DNA of 20,000 nucleotides from Proteromonas lacertae (taxonomy: Eukaryota), in the NCBI GenBank assembly GCA_002245135.1, contig NGBS01000326.1, positions 51,231 to 71,230 of the forward strand, read 5' to 3'. The notes beneath the pieces are model-generated. The model searched no databases and was not told where the DNA came from. It saw nothing but the letters and a program-made list of their open reading frames with translations. Shown here one piece after another: positions 1-11,700 of this stretch (the first letter of the stretch is position 1; every line of letters begins with the position of its first letter). The position numbers were made by a program, and so were the translations under genes.

Positions 1-47
1 AGAATTCATTTTAGAAATAAATCAAACCGTTCAAGCTTTTTAGAAAA

Positions 48-747
48 ATGAAAGGTAGTGAATGGGGTAAAAGAATGCAATATAGAATTAAAAAACAGAA
101 GGATCAAGATCCATGTATATTTTCATATTGATATAATGTGTTAAATAGCTCATATTGTTTGTCAGAAATGTTTTCAAGTTGGTCATTGGACCTATCAATG
201 TAAAAATGATGCAGTTTATCTAAAAAGGCCATCAAAAACTGAAGAATTAAAGAATCCAAAAAAGAGAAGACGATTAATTGAAGAAAAAGTTCCAGAACCT
301 GCATCTAAAGATGAATCATTAGAAGAGCTTAGAAAGAGAATAATAGAAGAAAGAAGGAGAAAAGAAGAGGAATCTGAGTCTGGATATGAATCAGAGAGTT
401 CAGTGTCATCATCATCTTCAGGAAGTGGAAGTAGTTCTTCTTCATCATCTTCAGGAGAATCATCAGACTCAGAATCTTCAGATTCAGAAAATGAAATTAC
501 AAAAAAGAAAATAGCAGTCAAAAGACATCGTTCTATTTCACATTCACATTCTAAATCAAAGTCAAATTCAAAGAAGGATCAAGACATGAAGATTAATAAG
601 AAAACTGAAAAAGTGTTGAAAAAAGCAGAAAAAATGTTGAATGAATCTACATCTTCATCCTCTTCATCCTCTTCATCATCATCATCATCATCATCTGATA
701 GTAGTTCAAGTAGTAGTAGTAGTAGCTCAAGTTCTGATAGTGATTAA
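48..747 (+). CDS. ZCCHC10: ZCCHC10-like CCHC zinc-knuckle protein with Ser-rich C-terminus; exons 48-114, 149-747
   Basis: ATG at 48. Removing the 34-nt GT..AG intron 115-148 gives ...DPSHIVCQKCFQVGHWTYQCKNDAVYLKRPSKTEELKNP..., matching the ZCCHC10-type knuckle CQKC..GHWTYxC....YLxRPSxT. It continues in frame into ORF 403-747 (poly-Ser), stop TAA 745-747. Confidence 0.85.
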
Positions 748-889
748 TTCAATTTTATCTTTTAGATTATTTAAATGAACTGTTTTATTAGTCAATCAAA
801 AAGTAAAGCATATTATATATATTTAAAATAAATTATTATTATTAAAGAAAAATCAATACTATTAAATCTAATTAGTAAATCTAATTTTA

Positions 890-1887
890 TCATTTACCAC
901 AACCATCTAAATTAGTTAATCGTTTATTAGCTAATTTATGACCAAAATATCTCTTACCAGCTTCATAACAAGATATCATTATTGCACAAGCTGGAATTGC
1001 TTTAATCATTCTAGGAATTGCACCTTTAAAAAACCCAGTAAAACCTTCATTATTATAAATATACTTCATTACTGTAATAATGGAGATATTATCTGTGGTA
1101 TTGACTTGTTGGACAGTTTTAATCACATCTAAAGGAGTAGTTATTAATGTGCAAATGCTACCAGATATTCCACCTGAAAGAACAGTACATTTCATTGTAT
1201 TTCGATCAATTTTTAAATTCTTTGAAATGAACATAACTAAATTTTCGTAAATTTGCCAATATATTGCTGAAAATGGAACATCTCTGATCAAAGTACTAGT
1301 TAAACCACGATAGAATGTTTTCAAACCTCTTTTTCTACTTTCACTCCAACAACATCGAAATGTTTTAATGAAATTCTGATTTAAAGTTGCTTGTTGTCTT
1401 ATTCTAATTACTTCTAATGGAGTTAGCAAGGGTACTTCAATACATCTCGCTAAACCACCACATAGTAGTGGATATATAGAATAGAGATGTGAATTTGGAG
1501 GAATTTTGTTGAAAAATATTTTTTTAAATTGTTCATAGAAAGCGTAATAAATGATGTTGGACGGTATTGACATTACACATGTTATACCTAAACCACTCCA
1601 TAATGCAGTTATTCCTAATTTTGAAACAATTTTGTAGGTTAAATTAAAAGGAAAAGTACATATATGTTTAATATGAGCTATGCTATATTTCTAGAACATC
1701 ATATATAGATATAATGTTATACTTTAAATTGAAGTGTTTTAGTTGTCATCTATGATTATAAAAAATACTCATATACTTGCATATGAACTTTTATAACATC
1801 TAAAGGTGTTACACATAACGAAGTAATCATCCCTGCAGTACCTGAACAAATTATCAAGTGTTGAAACTGTAAAAGATCATTATTCAT
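890..1887 (-). CDS. Mitochondrial carrier (SLC25 family), most like the SLC25A39/40-Mtm1 group; exons 1887-1777, 1749-1723, 1690-890
   Basis: Three carrier signatures Px[D/E]xx[K/R]: TPLDVIKVHMQ, TPLEVIRIRQQ, TPLDVIKTVQQ. Also LWSGLGITCVMSIPSNIIYY and RDVPFSAIYW. Phase-0 introns 1750-1776 (27 nt) and 1691-1722 (32 nt) join the exons in frame. Confidence 0.92.
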
Positions 1888-2930
1888 TTGTGCTATTGGG
1901 ATTAACTTATCCTAATTAATTATAACTCATTAAACAGCTTATATCCTTAAAAACAAAATTCTATTATTCAAACAAGCATCAAACATATTGGATTTTCAAA
2001 TCTTTCTAATAAATAAACTAGATTAAATATCATCAAAATGAATAATATATTTTAATCAATTAGGCATAACTATATGTAATATAGTGTTACTTCATGTTAT
2101 ATATTTCTTCAATCCATATATTTAAGATAAACAATATATCGTGTGTATGAGTAGTACATGATAAAATAAATAGTTAAAATACTAATAGAAGTAGTAATAT
2201 TCAAGCAATTAATAATTAGAACAGGATAAACAACTACTCTTATATAGTGTATTCAATATTATTAAAACAGTATCAAGATGGTTGTAATACAAAAATACAT
2301 ATTCTTCAGAGGGTGTAAGAATTTGTTTCTGTTAATAAAGTTCTAGATTTTTCTTTATTTTCTCAAACCGAAAATCAAACTTTTTTAAAAACCATTTTTG
2401 AATTTGGATGAGAACAAATGATAATGTGATTTAATAATATTTAGGTAAATGTTCTCAGCATATTTCGGTTCATTTTTAAGGTAATTACATATTATAAAGG
2501 AGGTTAATTACTGTTATACTGAATTAGTCTAGTATATATAGAAATGTTATTATATCTACTTTAAATTTTGATGAAATAGATGGGTCATAATTAAAAATAC
2601 ACTCTTTAAAAAATAGATCTATAATTAGTAATTTGAGTTATGTTCATGTGTTTGAAATTAAACTCTTGTTCAATACTATAAAAATATACTGATAAATAGA
2701 ATTTTTAAACACACTTTTAAAAAACACGTTATTTATTTCATCAGTTATACCAATTATTTTGTCATTTCTATATTCATCCTTCTATCCGTATAGAGGAACT
2801 TTTTAGTTATTTATAAATAACAGTTAACAAGTATATTATTTTCTATTGCCTGTTACTTATTTCTAATGTTTTTAAATAGATCTCTTAAACCAAATTCTCA
2901 TATTATCTCAAATTTTTTCACACAAACTAA

Positions 2931-3587
2931 ATGGACAGTGAAACAGGCCAAACTTATGTGCTGTGGATCGGAGAGATGCTTGAAAGACTAGTTCGTTTGA
3001 ATCAAAAGGTATTCTAAGTATTGTTCTTATTTTTATAGAATAAAAAGACTAACATTGACAAGAAGTTCGATGCTTTGAAAGTGCCGTCAATTTCTGTTAC
3101 AAATTATCTGGAAAGGTATAAGTTACACCAAAATAAACATTTTTATAGATTAGAAAAATATTTGTACTGCAGTTATGAATGTTTTGTCATTGCGTTAATC
3201 TACATAGATCGAATTATTGAAAGATATGATTTTGTTGTTACTCCTATGAATGTGCATCGTTTGATATTAGCTTGTATGCGACTATCAACGAAGTTTCATG
3301 ATGAAGATACCTACGATAACAAATATGTAAGCCAAGTAGGTGGAGTAAAAGTAAATGAATTAAATCGAATTGAGATAGAAGCTTTGTTTCTTCTCAGTTT
3401 TGATTTATTTGTAAATAGTGAAGATTATGAAAAGTATTATGCATATTTAGGAAAGAAGTGTGGATTTAATGATTCTATGTCATCTTTGTCTATAAGTTCG
3501 GTTTTGACGTCTTTTTCCAAGGAAAGAGTGTGTAGTGGGATACTCAGTGATCAGGAAGTAGAAATCTCTGAAAGAATTGAAAATTGA
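2931..3587 (+). CDS. P/U-type (PHO80-like) cyclin; exons 2931-3008, 3039-3115, 3149-3587
   Basis: PSISVTNYLERLEKYLYCSYECFVIALIYIDRI, NVHRLILACMRLSTKFHDE and QVGGVKVNELNRIEIEALFLLSFDL match the PHO80/cyclin-U pattern. Introns 3009-3038 (30 nt) and 3116-3148 (33 nt; stopless, so the ORF track reads through it). Confidence 0.92.
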
Positions 3588-3652
3588 ATATATTAATTTT
3601 TGTAAATATATTTATGTGCAAATCTACGTAAAATTGTATATGTCTATTTCAT

Positions 3653-3660
3653 TGTTTGTT
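3653..3660 (+). terminator. TGTTTGTT putative polyadenylation-associated motif behind the P/U cyclin
   Basis: Exact TGTTTGTT 65 nt after the stop codon; identical to the motif reported just downstream of Blastocystis poly(A) sites. Confidence 0.5.
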
Positions 3661-3749
3661 TTAGTGAATTAAAAAAAGAAAATATAAAAACACAAAATGT
3701 AATTTCATAATAATAAATATATACATTCACATTGTGTGTGGTTAGTTAG

Positions 3750-5820
3750 TTACGATAATGGCTGATGTTGTTGCATTTGTGCCTTTATTGGTGGTGCACT
3801 AGCAGCTGGAGCTAATACTCTATTAACAACAAAAGGAACTTTACTTCTAGACTTTACAAGTTCAACAGATTCAGCTTTAGATATTTTAAATGGATTAATT
3901 ACATTTTTCTTATTATTATTATTATTATTTTTCACTTTTATATTGTTATTTTGAGATTTTTTATATGAAATATATTCATTCAAATCCATTGAAAATGGTT
4001 TAATAAATATTTCAATATTCATCATATTATCATAATCAAATACAATATCATCATTTTGCTGTTTCTGTATGATATTCCCTTGATATTTAAACACTGTATT
4101 ATCCAAATATATATCATTATCCTCGTTCTTTATATCTTCAACTATTTCATTCAATTTCATTCTCTTATGATTATAAATAGATAATATCTGATCTTGATTC
4201 ATACAGTAATATAACAGCTTTTTTATATCTTTATTACAGGTCAATTCTACAGCCAATTGATTCTTCTTATTTCTCTTAAATAAATCCAATGTTCCACATA
4301 ACATCTTATTATCTATAAATAGTGTTGATACCAATAATGAAGTAATATCCCAATTATTTAACATACATGACTTATGCAATAATGTATTACCATTTTCATC
4401 AACTTCATTTATATCTGCACCATTTATTAATGCATAGTTTAAACCCATAATATTATTCATTTCTATTAATCTATGTGTTAAACTAATAGCAGTAGAACCA
4501 GAACTACTTGTTGTAGATGTTGTAGATGATGTTGTTGTTGTTGTTGTTTTGATATTACAATGGAAATGATCAAAAACACTTAAAGCTAATTTCTTTTGTA
4601 GTTCTGTTGGAGCATTTAGGAATAATTCTTCTAACAGTTTTCTCTTTCTCCTATCATCATCATCATCCATCATCATCATCATCATCACCTCCACCATCTC
4701 CTCTTCTACGCTTAGTTGGACCAGTCTATACATATAGTAATAATATAATTGATGGAATAAGAAAGAAATATATATAAATAAATAAATATATATATAATGT
4801 ATAGATACATCTGTATATTCTAATGGCCTTATAAACAAGTGATCTCTCTTTATTATCGTCTTAAATGTATGATGTTCCCAATCATCTGTAATTATATTAG
4901 AATATGCCAAGATTTCTTTCTCTTGCTCTTTTTCTATTGGTAATGATGTATTGGTTAAGAATAAAAATTCCTTTGGAGCTTGTTTAATTTTCATTTCTAT
5001 ATATTGACGAACATAAGCTAATGTATCATCATCTTTCTTAATCTATACATAATATAACATAATGTTGTATATATTTATACTGGTATAACTGCAAATGGAG
5101 TTGAATTATTCTCAATGTTCAAATGAATTATATCTTTTCTTACTATAAACCCTGGTGGCATAGATTGTGGATGAATCTGTATAACTGTTCGAGAAACTTC
5201 TGTTCTTGAAGAATCAAAACCGGAAGGTGCTTCGCTTAATACATTTCCATATGATTCAAAAATTGAACTGTTATCTGCTAAATTCATGGGTAATTCAGTG
5301 TCCATAGTGGTTATAGGCTGTGATATTGCTGAGGTTTGACTGACTTGACCCCTGGATGAGTCTTCATAGTTGAATGAAGGAAAAGAGAGTTGTTTTCCCA
5401 TGTTTTGAGATGAAGAAAATGACAAACCTGGATTACCATCTGGGCTATTGAATGTTTGACTCATTGGGTAAGATTGAGAGCCAGTTATGCTACTGAAGAT
5501 AACATCTCGCTTTTTTCTATCCAATAAATTTGTTAATTTTATACTGTTCCAATTTATGTCTTTCACAAGGATTACACACTAATCGACGTTTATATCTTTC
5601 ACGAGTACAACATTCACCCTACAAACTATCACAAATATTATACTGGTCGGTGATCACATTCAAAATAACCAGGACATCTACAATGCTTGCACTGAACACC
5701 TGGATCTTTACACAACGGACATTCTTTCGATAAAACATCAATTTCTGGACGATTAGAAACAGGCATCGTAGGAGGTAATTGTGGAGGAATTTGACCTAGT
5801 TGTGGAGGTATATAATTCAT
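3750..5820 (-). CDS. Protein with N-terminal Cys/His-rich putative zinc-binding domain and C-terminal ankyrin repeats; exons 5820-5644, 5618-5545, 5516-5081, 5042-4809, 4725-3750 (apparent 1-nt frameshift at ~4668)
   Basis: Introns 5619-5643 (25 nt), 5517-5544 (28), 5043-5080 (38) and 4726-4808 (83) link ORFs 5638-5820, 5075-5566 and 3750-4994. Ankyrin consensus NGADINEVDENGNTLLHKSCMLNNWDITSLLV. Confidence 0.75.
4653..4686. repeat. Interrupted trinucleotide microsatellite (ATC)5 C (ATC)6 in a poly-Asp coding tract
   Basis: Read directly from the sequence. Confidence 0.95.
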
Positions 5821-6215
5821 TATTTAAAAAAAATGAAAGAAAATGAGGCTACATTTAATAGAATACTCATACTAGAAAGTGCCTCCTTACAAAAATTCTA
5901 TAAAATTAATCAACATGAATAAAAAACAACATAGAAATGTATTGACTATCACACATATGATGCTATATTGGAATAATTATATTAGAACCACTCTATAATG
6001 TGATTCTATATTCTAGACAAATTACAAACAATAATTTTTTAGAAATCGAATGTTTAAAGCATATTTATCTATTACTCTCATTTCATTACTCTGTATGATG
6101 CAAATTTAAGATTTTGAATGAAGAGATTTGAAATCATGATTTGATCAAACCGCATTTTAAAATAATAATTCATATCTCTTGATTAACCCTATCATAAATT
6201 CAATTATAGTTAAGA

Positions 6216-8112
6216 ATGAACTTTAATGGACAGTACAATATGTCTGACCAGAAACCAAGCTGGAGTCCTGTAGCACAACAACAATCACCTCTAGTAACAT
6301 ATATTGAATTTATAGAATAGGAATACTATCCTCCAGTTGATCAGACATACATGAATCAAGGTTATTCTGGATATTATACTGGTTTTGACCCAAATGTTGT
6401 TAAAGATAGTTATGCACCTCCACCAATACCACCACAAGAAATGGCAAGTCCAGTACCTGCATCTTTTTCACCAGTTAAAGCAGAATTAAGAGCAACAGCA
6501 AAAGAATTTATTCCTAATTCAGGCAAATCAACACCTCGTGCAATAGAATCAATGCCACAACAAAATGATCCATCGATACAAATAAATAATCAATATTATG
6601 TATATATTTAAATAATAATTGTGAAATAGTATGTTAATCCTCCTCAAATGTCAATGCCTATACCTCCGCCACTACCACCACCTCCATTGCCTCCAACAGC
6701 ATTATTACCACAGAGAAGTCCTCATAATGTCATGTTTATGAAGAAAAGTCTTTATGATACTTATCAGCAAATGGCATTAGATATGACAATATCAGTTCCT
6801 CCAGATTCTGAGATTATTAAAGAAATCCCAAAACAATATAATTCAGTTAGATTATTAGATAATCCAGCTACTACTGGATCAACAGGTTCATTTGGTTATA
6901 TCACAAAAGTTTTTAAAGTATTTTTATTTTTATTTTTTTATATATAATAGGTGGTAAATGTAAATGATGGAATGATTTATTGTTTAAGAAGAATCGAAAA
7001 TGTTCGGTTATCTCCTCAAATTATCAACAAGTCAACCAAATTATGGCTACAACAAAACCATCCGTTAATTATCCCATTAAGAGAGTCGTTTCTAATGAAT
7101 AAAGCGTTATTCGTAGTTCATGATTATTATCCATCTGCTAAAACTATTCACGATCGTTATATTGTATATTATATTATATTTATAAATAGACTACTCCATT
7201 ACCTTTATCAGAATCATTTCTTTGGAGTTTTATATTACAAATAACAACAGTTTTATATACATTACATATGAAGAAAATACCATGTAGATGCATTAATAGT
7301 CGTAGAATATTAGAAACATCTCCAATGAAGTATATATATATATATATATATATATAATTGTATTATATTTATTTAGATTTCATATATCTGGAATAGGAAT
7401 TAGTGATATATTATTATACGATTCAAAGAAATCAATTGACGAATTAATTACTGAAGATATCAATTCATTTGGTAATTTATTAATCCAATTATGTTGTAAA
7501 AGTATTCCGAATATTATGAATGAACATTCAATTTCTATTATTTTACCTAATTTATCAATGGTTTATAGTGAAGATTTGATTAAATTTAGTATATATATAT
7601 ATATATATATATGATTATTAATAGTTAAAGGTTGTTTTGAACCAAATATGACAATATTCCAGTTATATTCTCAACTACAATATCAATCAATTGTAGAATT
7701 ATCATTTTCATATGATTATTGTAATAATCTAGATATAGAGTTATTTAGACAATATAATGCAGGTAGACTATTTCATATTTTATTACATTTAAATTTGATT
7801 AACGAAAGACCTGAATTTAGAGGAGATAAGAGTTGGTGTGAAACAGGTAAAAGATATTTATTGAAGCTATTTCGTGATTATTTATTTCATGAAATGGATA
7901 AAGATGGAAATTCAATAATTGATTATGGTTTTATTATTGATGTATTATATAAAGTAGATAATGAATGTAATGAGAAAATTCCGCTTTCCAGTAGAGATGG
8001 TAAATCTTTGTTGATTGTTAGTTATAGTGAGATAAAATGTGCAATAGAAGAATCGATATTTGAATTGGAGAAGAATCCTCCTATGATGATGAATAATTTA
8101 TATAATTATTAA
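6216..8112 (+). CDS. PAN3: PAN3 subunit of the PAN2-PAN3 deadenylase; exons 6216-6293, 6321-6599, 6630-6917, 6951-7163, 7190-7329, 7377-7588, 7625-8112
   Basis: PAM2-like motif LRATAKEFIP; pseudokinase motifs DGMIYCLRRI, HPLIIPLRESF, LFVVHDYYPSAKT; PAN3 C-terminal domain GRLFHILLHLNLINERPEF...WCETGKRYLLKLFRDYLFH...IPLSSRDGKSLLIVSYSEIK. Six GT..AG introns (27, 30, 33, 26, 47, 36 nt) restore one continuous frame. Confidence 0.95.
7331..7356. repeat. (TA)13 microsatellite inside PAN3 intron 5
   Basis: Read directly from the sequence; starts at the donor site. Confidence 0.95.
7591..7612. repeat. (AT)11 microsatellite inside PAN3 intron 6
   Basis: Read directly from the sequence; starts right after the donor GT. 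Confidence 0.95.
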
Positions 8113-8754
8113 AATAGAAAATAAATCAAAGAATTTTAGTTTTTTTTTTTTTTACAATCCACAAATTTCTTTTAAGATAAAATCAAAACAGCAATAAAAC
8201 ATATAAGTAATTTCTTTTCTTAACATTTAATTAGAATTGGTTTAAATTTTCCATTGCAAATCGTGAAAGAATTCATTTACTAATTCAATAATATAATTTA
8301 TAAACTCATATAACACATATACTTCAACTAATCTATTCACAAATTGAAAAATATTCATTCTTATTCTTTACCTCTTTCATTAATCCACTCAATTCTATAA
8401 CCTAAATAATTAACATACTCCACAATAATTTCTTTCTTTTCTTTACACTCTTTTAGCAAATTGTTTCTCTAAACGCACTTTATAAACATCATCTTCATCT
8501 GTAAACTTAACTACTTATTACATCCACAAATTCATTCATTAATCTCTTTCATTCACATTTTAAAATCAAAATGAAAATGAAATAGGCTTGATGATAGGTT
8601 TGAAAATGTATTTTGAATTAATTCATCAAAACAACATAGAAAGCATTTAAAATCAATTAAAACAAAAAAATATGAAAATATGTATAGTATGATAAACATT
8701 CACATAATTATTAACAAATAAAAGAATAATAGAGTAAATCAAGTAATAATTGAA

Positions 8755-11700
8755 TTATTTAACATTCCTATACTCTTTTGATAACTCTTCCTTTTCTTCT
8801 TCTTTTATCCCATCTAATTCTATTACTTCTATGAATGTAAATGTTTCTAAAAATGATTTTAATTCTGATTTTTCTATATCTTCCTTTAATGTTATTGATA
8901 ATTCTTTTAAATCTTCAAATATTTCTTTGTTCTCTTTCATTAATCTTAATTCACTTTCATCTAATTCTGTTATTGATAGATCTGTCAATGGTCTATAATC
9001 TTTTAATCTTTCTATTAACATCTTCAATCCTTTTTCACTCATTCCAATATCTATATACAATAGAATACAGAATTTTAAATACTTGAGATGTTTAATGATG
9101 AATATCCGATGAATTTATCTAAATATTTACATATTATCTCTATTCCTTCATCTCCAATTGGATTATTATGATATTGAGATATATTTAACATTTTCTGGAA
9201 AAGAATCTGTTAATTCTTTTAATCCATTAGAAGTAATCTTGTTATTGGATAAATATAGATATCTTCATAATCAATCTGTTTTATTAATGAAATGTGAGAA
9301 TCATTCACATTTAAATCTATTTCATTACAAATATAAATTATATACTGGAAAAAATAATAGTATTTCATAGTCTTTTCTTTTCTTTTTAATACAATAATCC
9401 AAATAATATTCAAATTCTTCTTTTGTCATTAAGGAACATTTCATTTCTATAAATGGATATTCTTCTTTTTCTAATGATTTGGAACAAATTGCTTTTAATC
9501 CATTTATATTGACATTATTTCCATTTAAATCTATTCTGTTACAATTAGAAAATGAATCTAATCTGTATCAGACTAATAGTATTACACTTTCATCATCTAT
9601 TGAGATATTACTGAAATCTAATCTATAATCATCTATTAGCATATGTAGATTGTTTATTAATAGCTTAAATCCAGCATTACCAATTGGATTATCTATTAAA
9701 CAAATATATATAAACTACTATAAATAATACTATTAATATCCAATCTTCCAATATTGTTATTCTCTTTCATATAATTTATCAAATATTCTATTCCATCTGA
9801 ATCAATATTATTATCACTTATATCCAATCTGATCTTTTTGATTGAATATTCTTTAAACCATCAACTAAATACTTCAATCCAGTTGTAGATAATCCCATTT
9901 CTATTGTATACTAAATAATAATTATAATACTTGAACAATCAATTTTATTATTATAATCTATTAATAAATGTAAATGTGGAGATAATATCTTCATTCCTTC
10001 ATCTCCTATCTCATTTCCATATAATTTGAAATATTTAAGATTCGGTAATGATGATAGATTGTTTATCAGTATTTCTATACTTTTATGTGTTAATTTATTA
10101 TCTAAATATTAGGAAAATATCAAATTATACAACTCAAATCTAATCCATTTATTTCTTTCAATTCATTTGATCTTAATGAAATGAATGTTTTGAAAATATC
10201 ATCATCTATTTCTGAATTACTCAGATTTAATTCATTGTATTGGTTTATATATTTGACTAATTCAGGAATGTCTTTATCAATCAGTAATTCTTTACAAACA
10301 TCACAATATATATTTGGAAATATGGAAAATAAGGCTTTTAATCCTTGAGAATGAATGCTTCTGTTGTATCTAATATATATTTTCTTAAGATGTGGATATT
10401 TATATAACTCTGATGATAATAATATCATACATTCATCATTTAAATTCATCAAATTAAGATTCAATTCATTATTTTCGTTGATTAATAAATACAAATATGG
10501 AAGTAACAATTTAAATCCTTTCACACCAATTCGATTACCTATTTCAAAAATAACAATATGATTATAAATACATGTAAGATGTACATATTTCAATTTCATC
10601 AATGGAATTGATTTAACAAATAATTCAATGAAATAGGAAGTAAAATTACAATTGATAAATCTAATGTTTGTAGATTTGATAATCCAGTCAAATTAGATAC
10701 AAACAATGACTGACGAATAATTGGTATGTGAATAAAATCTAAATATATCATAATTATTAAAATCATACCAAAATATCAAAGTTGGATTGATTATTCTCAA
10801 TATTCTAAAAAAATAGCTCATTCCTTCTTCACATTTACATATACAACTAGAATATACTTGAATAATTTCTTTATCTAAATAACTACTTTCTATTTCAAAT
10901 ATCATCTCATCTAAATTACATTCTCCATATCTACATTTGTGATGAATTTGAAATTTCAATTTATCATGAATTGATTTATCTTCTTTAAATAATTTCATCA
11001 TCAATAACATTGACAATAATCTCTCGTTTGGTTGACTATTGTAGGATTCTATCAAATTATCTCTAATCACTTCTCTTTTTTCACTTTCAATATAATATTT
11101 TGATGGATAAACTATTGGAAATTTTATAATTGCATTATCATTATTGAATAATAACTCTTTTCTTTCTTCACATATCATTACATTATTATCTTTATCTCTC
11201 AATATTTCACTCATTTTTATCATTTCTTTATTCAACTCTTTCAAACTCATTCTATCTTCATTCTTCACTTTCAACATTCTATATATCATCTCTTTCATTA
11301 TATAATCATATTCTATATCAATACTATATTTACATTTAAAAATATTGTCTTTTGTTTTAAACATATTATCATCTTCATTAAATGGTAATTTCTTACAAAT
11401 CATTTCATATAAAATACAACCAATTGACCAAATTACACTTCTCTCATTCATTTCTAATCCATTCAACTCTTCTGGGCTCTTAAAATTCATATCATATATT
11501 CTCATATCTTCTTCTTTTCTCAATTCATTCAACAATAAATCACATAACTTTAAAACACCATTCTCTTCATATATCACATTACTACTCTTCAAATTACCAA
11601 CTACAATCTCATATTCACTAAATACCATTACATCATCACATATTAATCTTGTTATAACACATATTTCATTCACAGAAAAGCATTTATTAGGAATCATCTC

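Noticed and set aside
104..521. Minus-strand ORFs 104-304 and 216-521
   Set aside because: Antisense shadows of the low-complexity ZCCHC10-like gene.
1941..1948. ATATCCTT, a perfect U12 donor on the + strand
   Set aside because: No + strand gene or matching branch point here.
2569..2692. Box C/D snoRNA-like TGATGA...CTGA pair
   Set aside because: Imperfect C box, no terminal stem or recognisable rRNA guide; expected by chance in AT-rich DNA.
8140..8153. T14 run as a retroposon poly(A) tail
   Set aside because: No target-site duplication or element body seen, and the upstream gene retains introns. More likely a U-rich 3' element of PAN3 or a simple homopolymer.
9568..9570. In-frame TGA as selenocysteine or an alternative genetic code
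   Set aside because: TGA is the normal stop of the carrier and P/U cyclin genes, and the surrounding gene has many other lesions.
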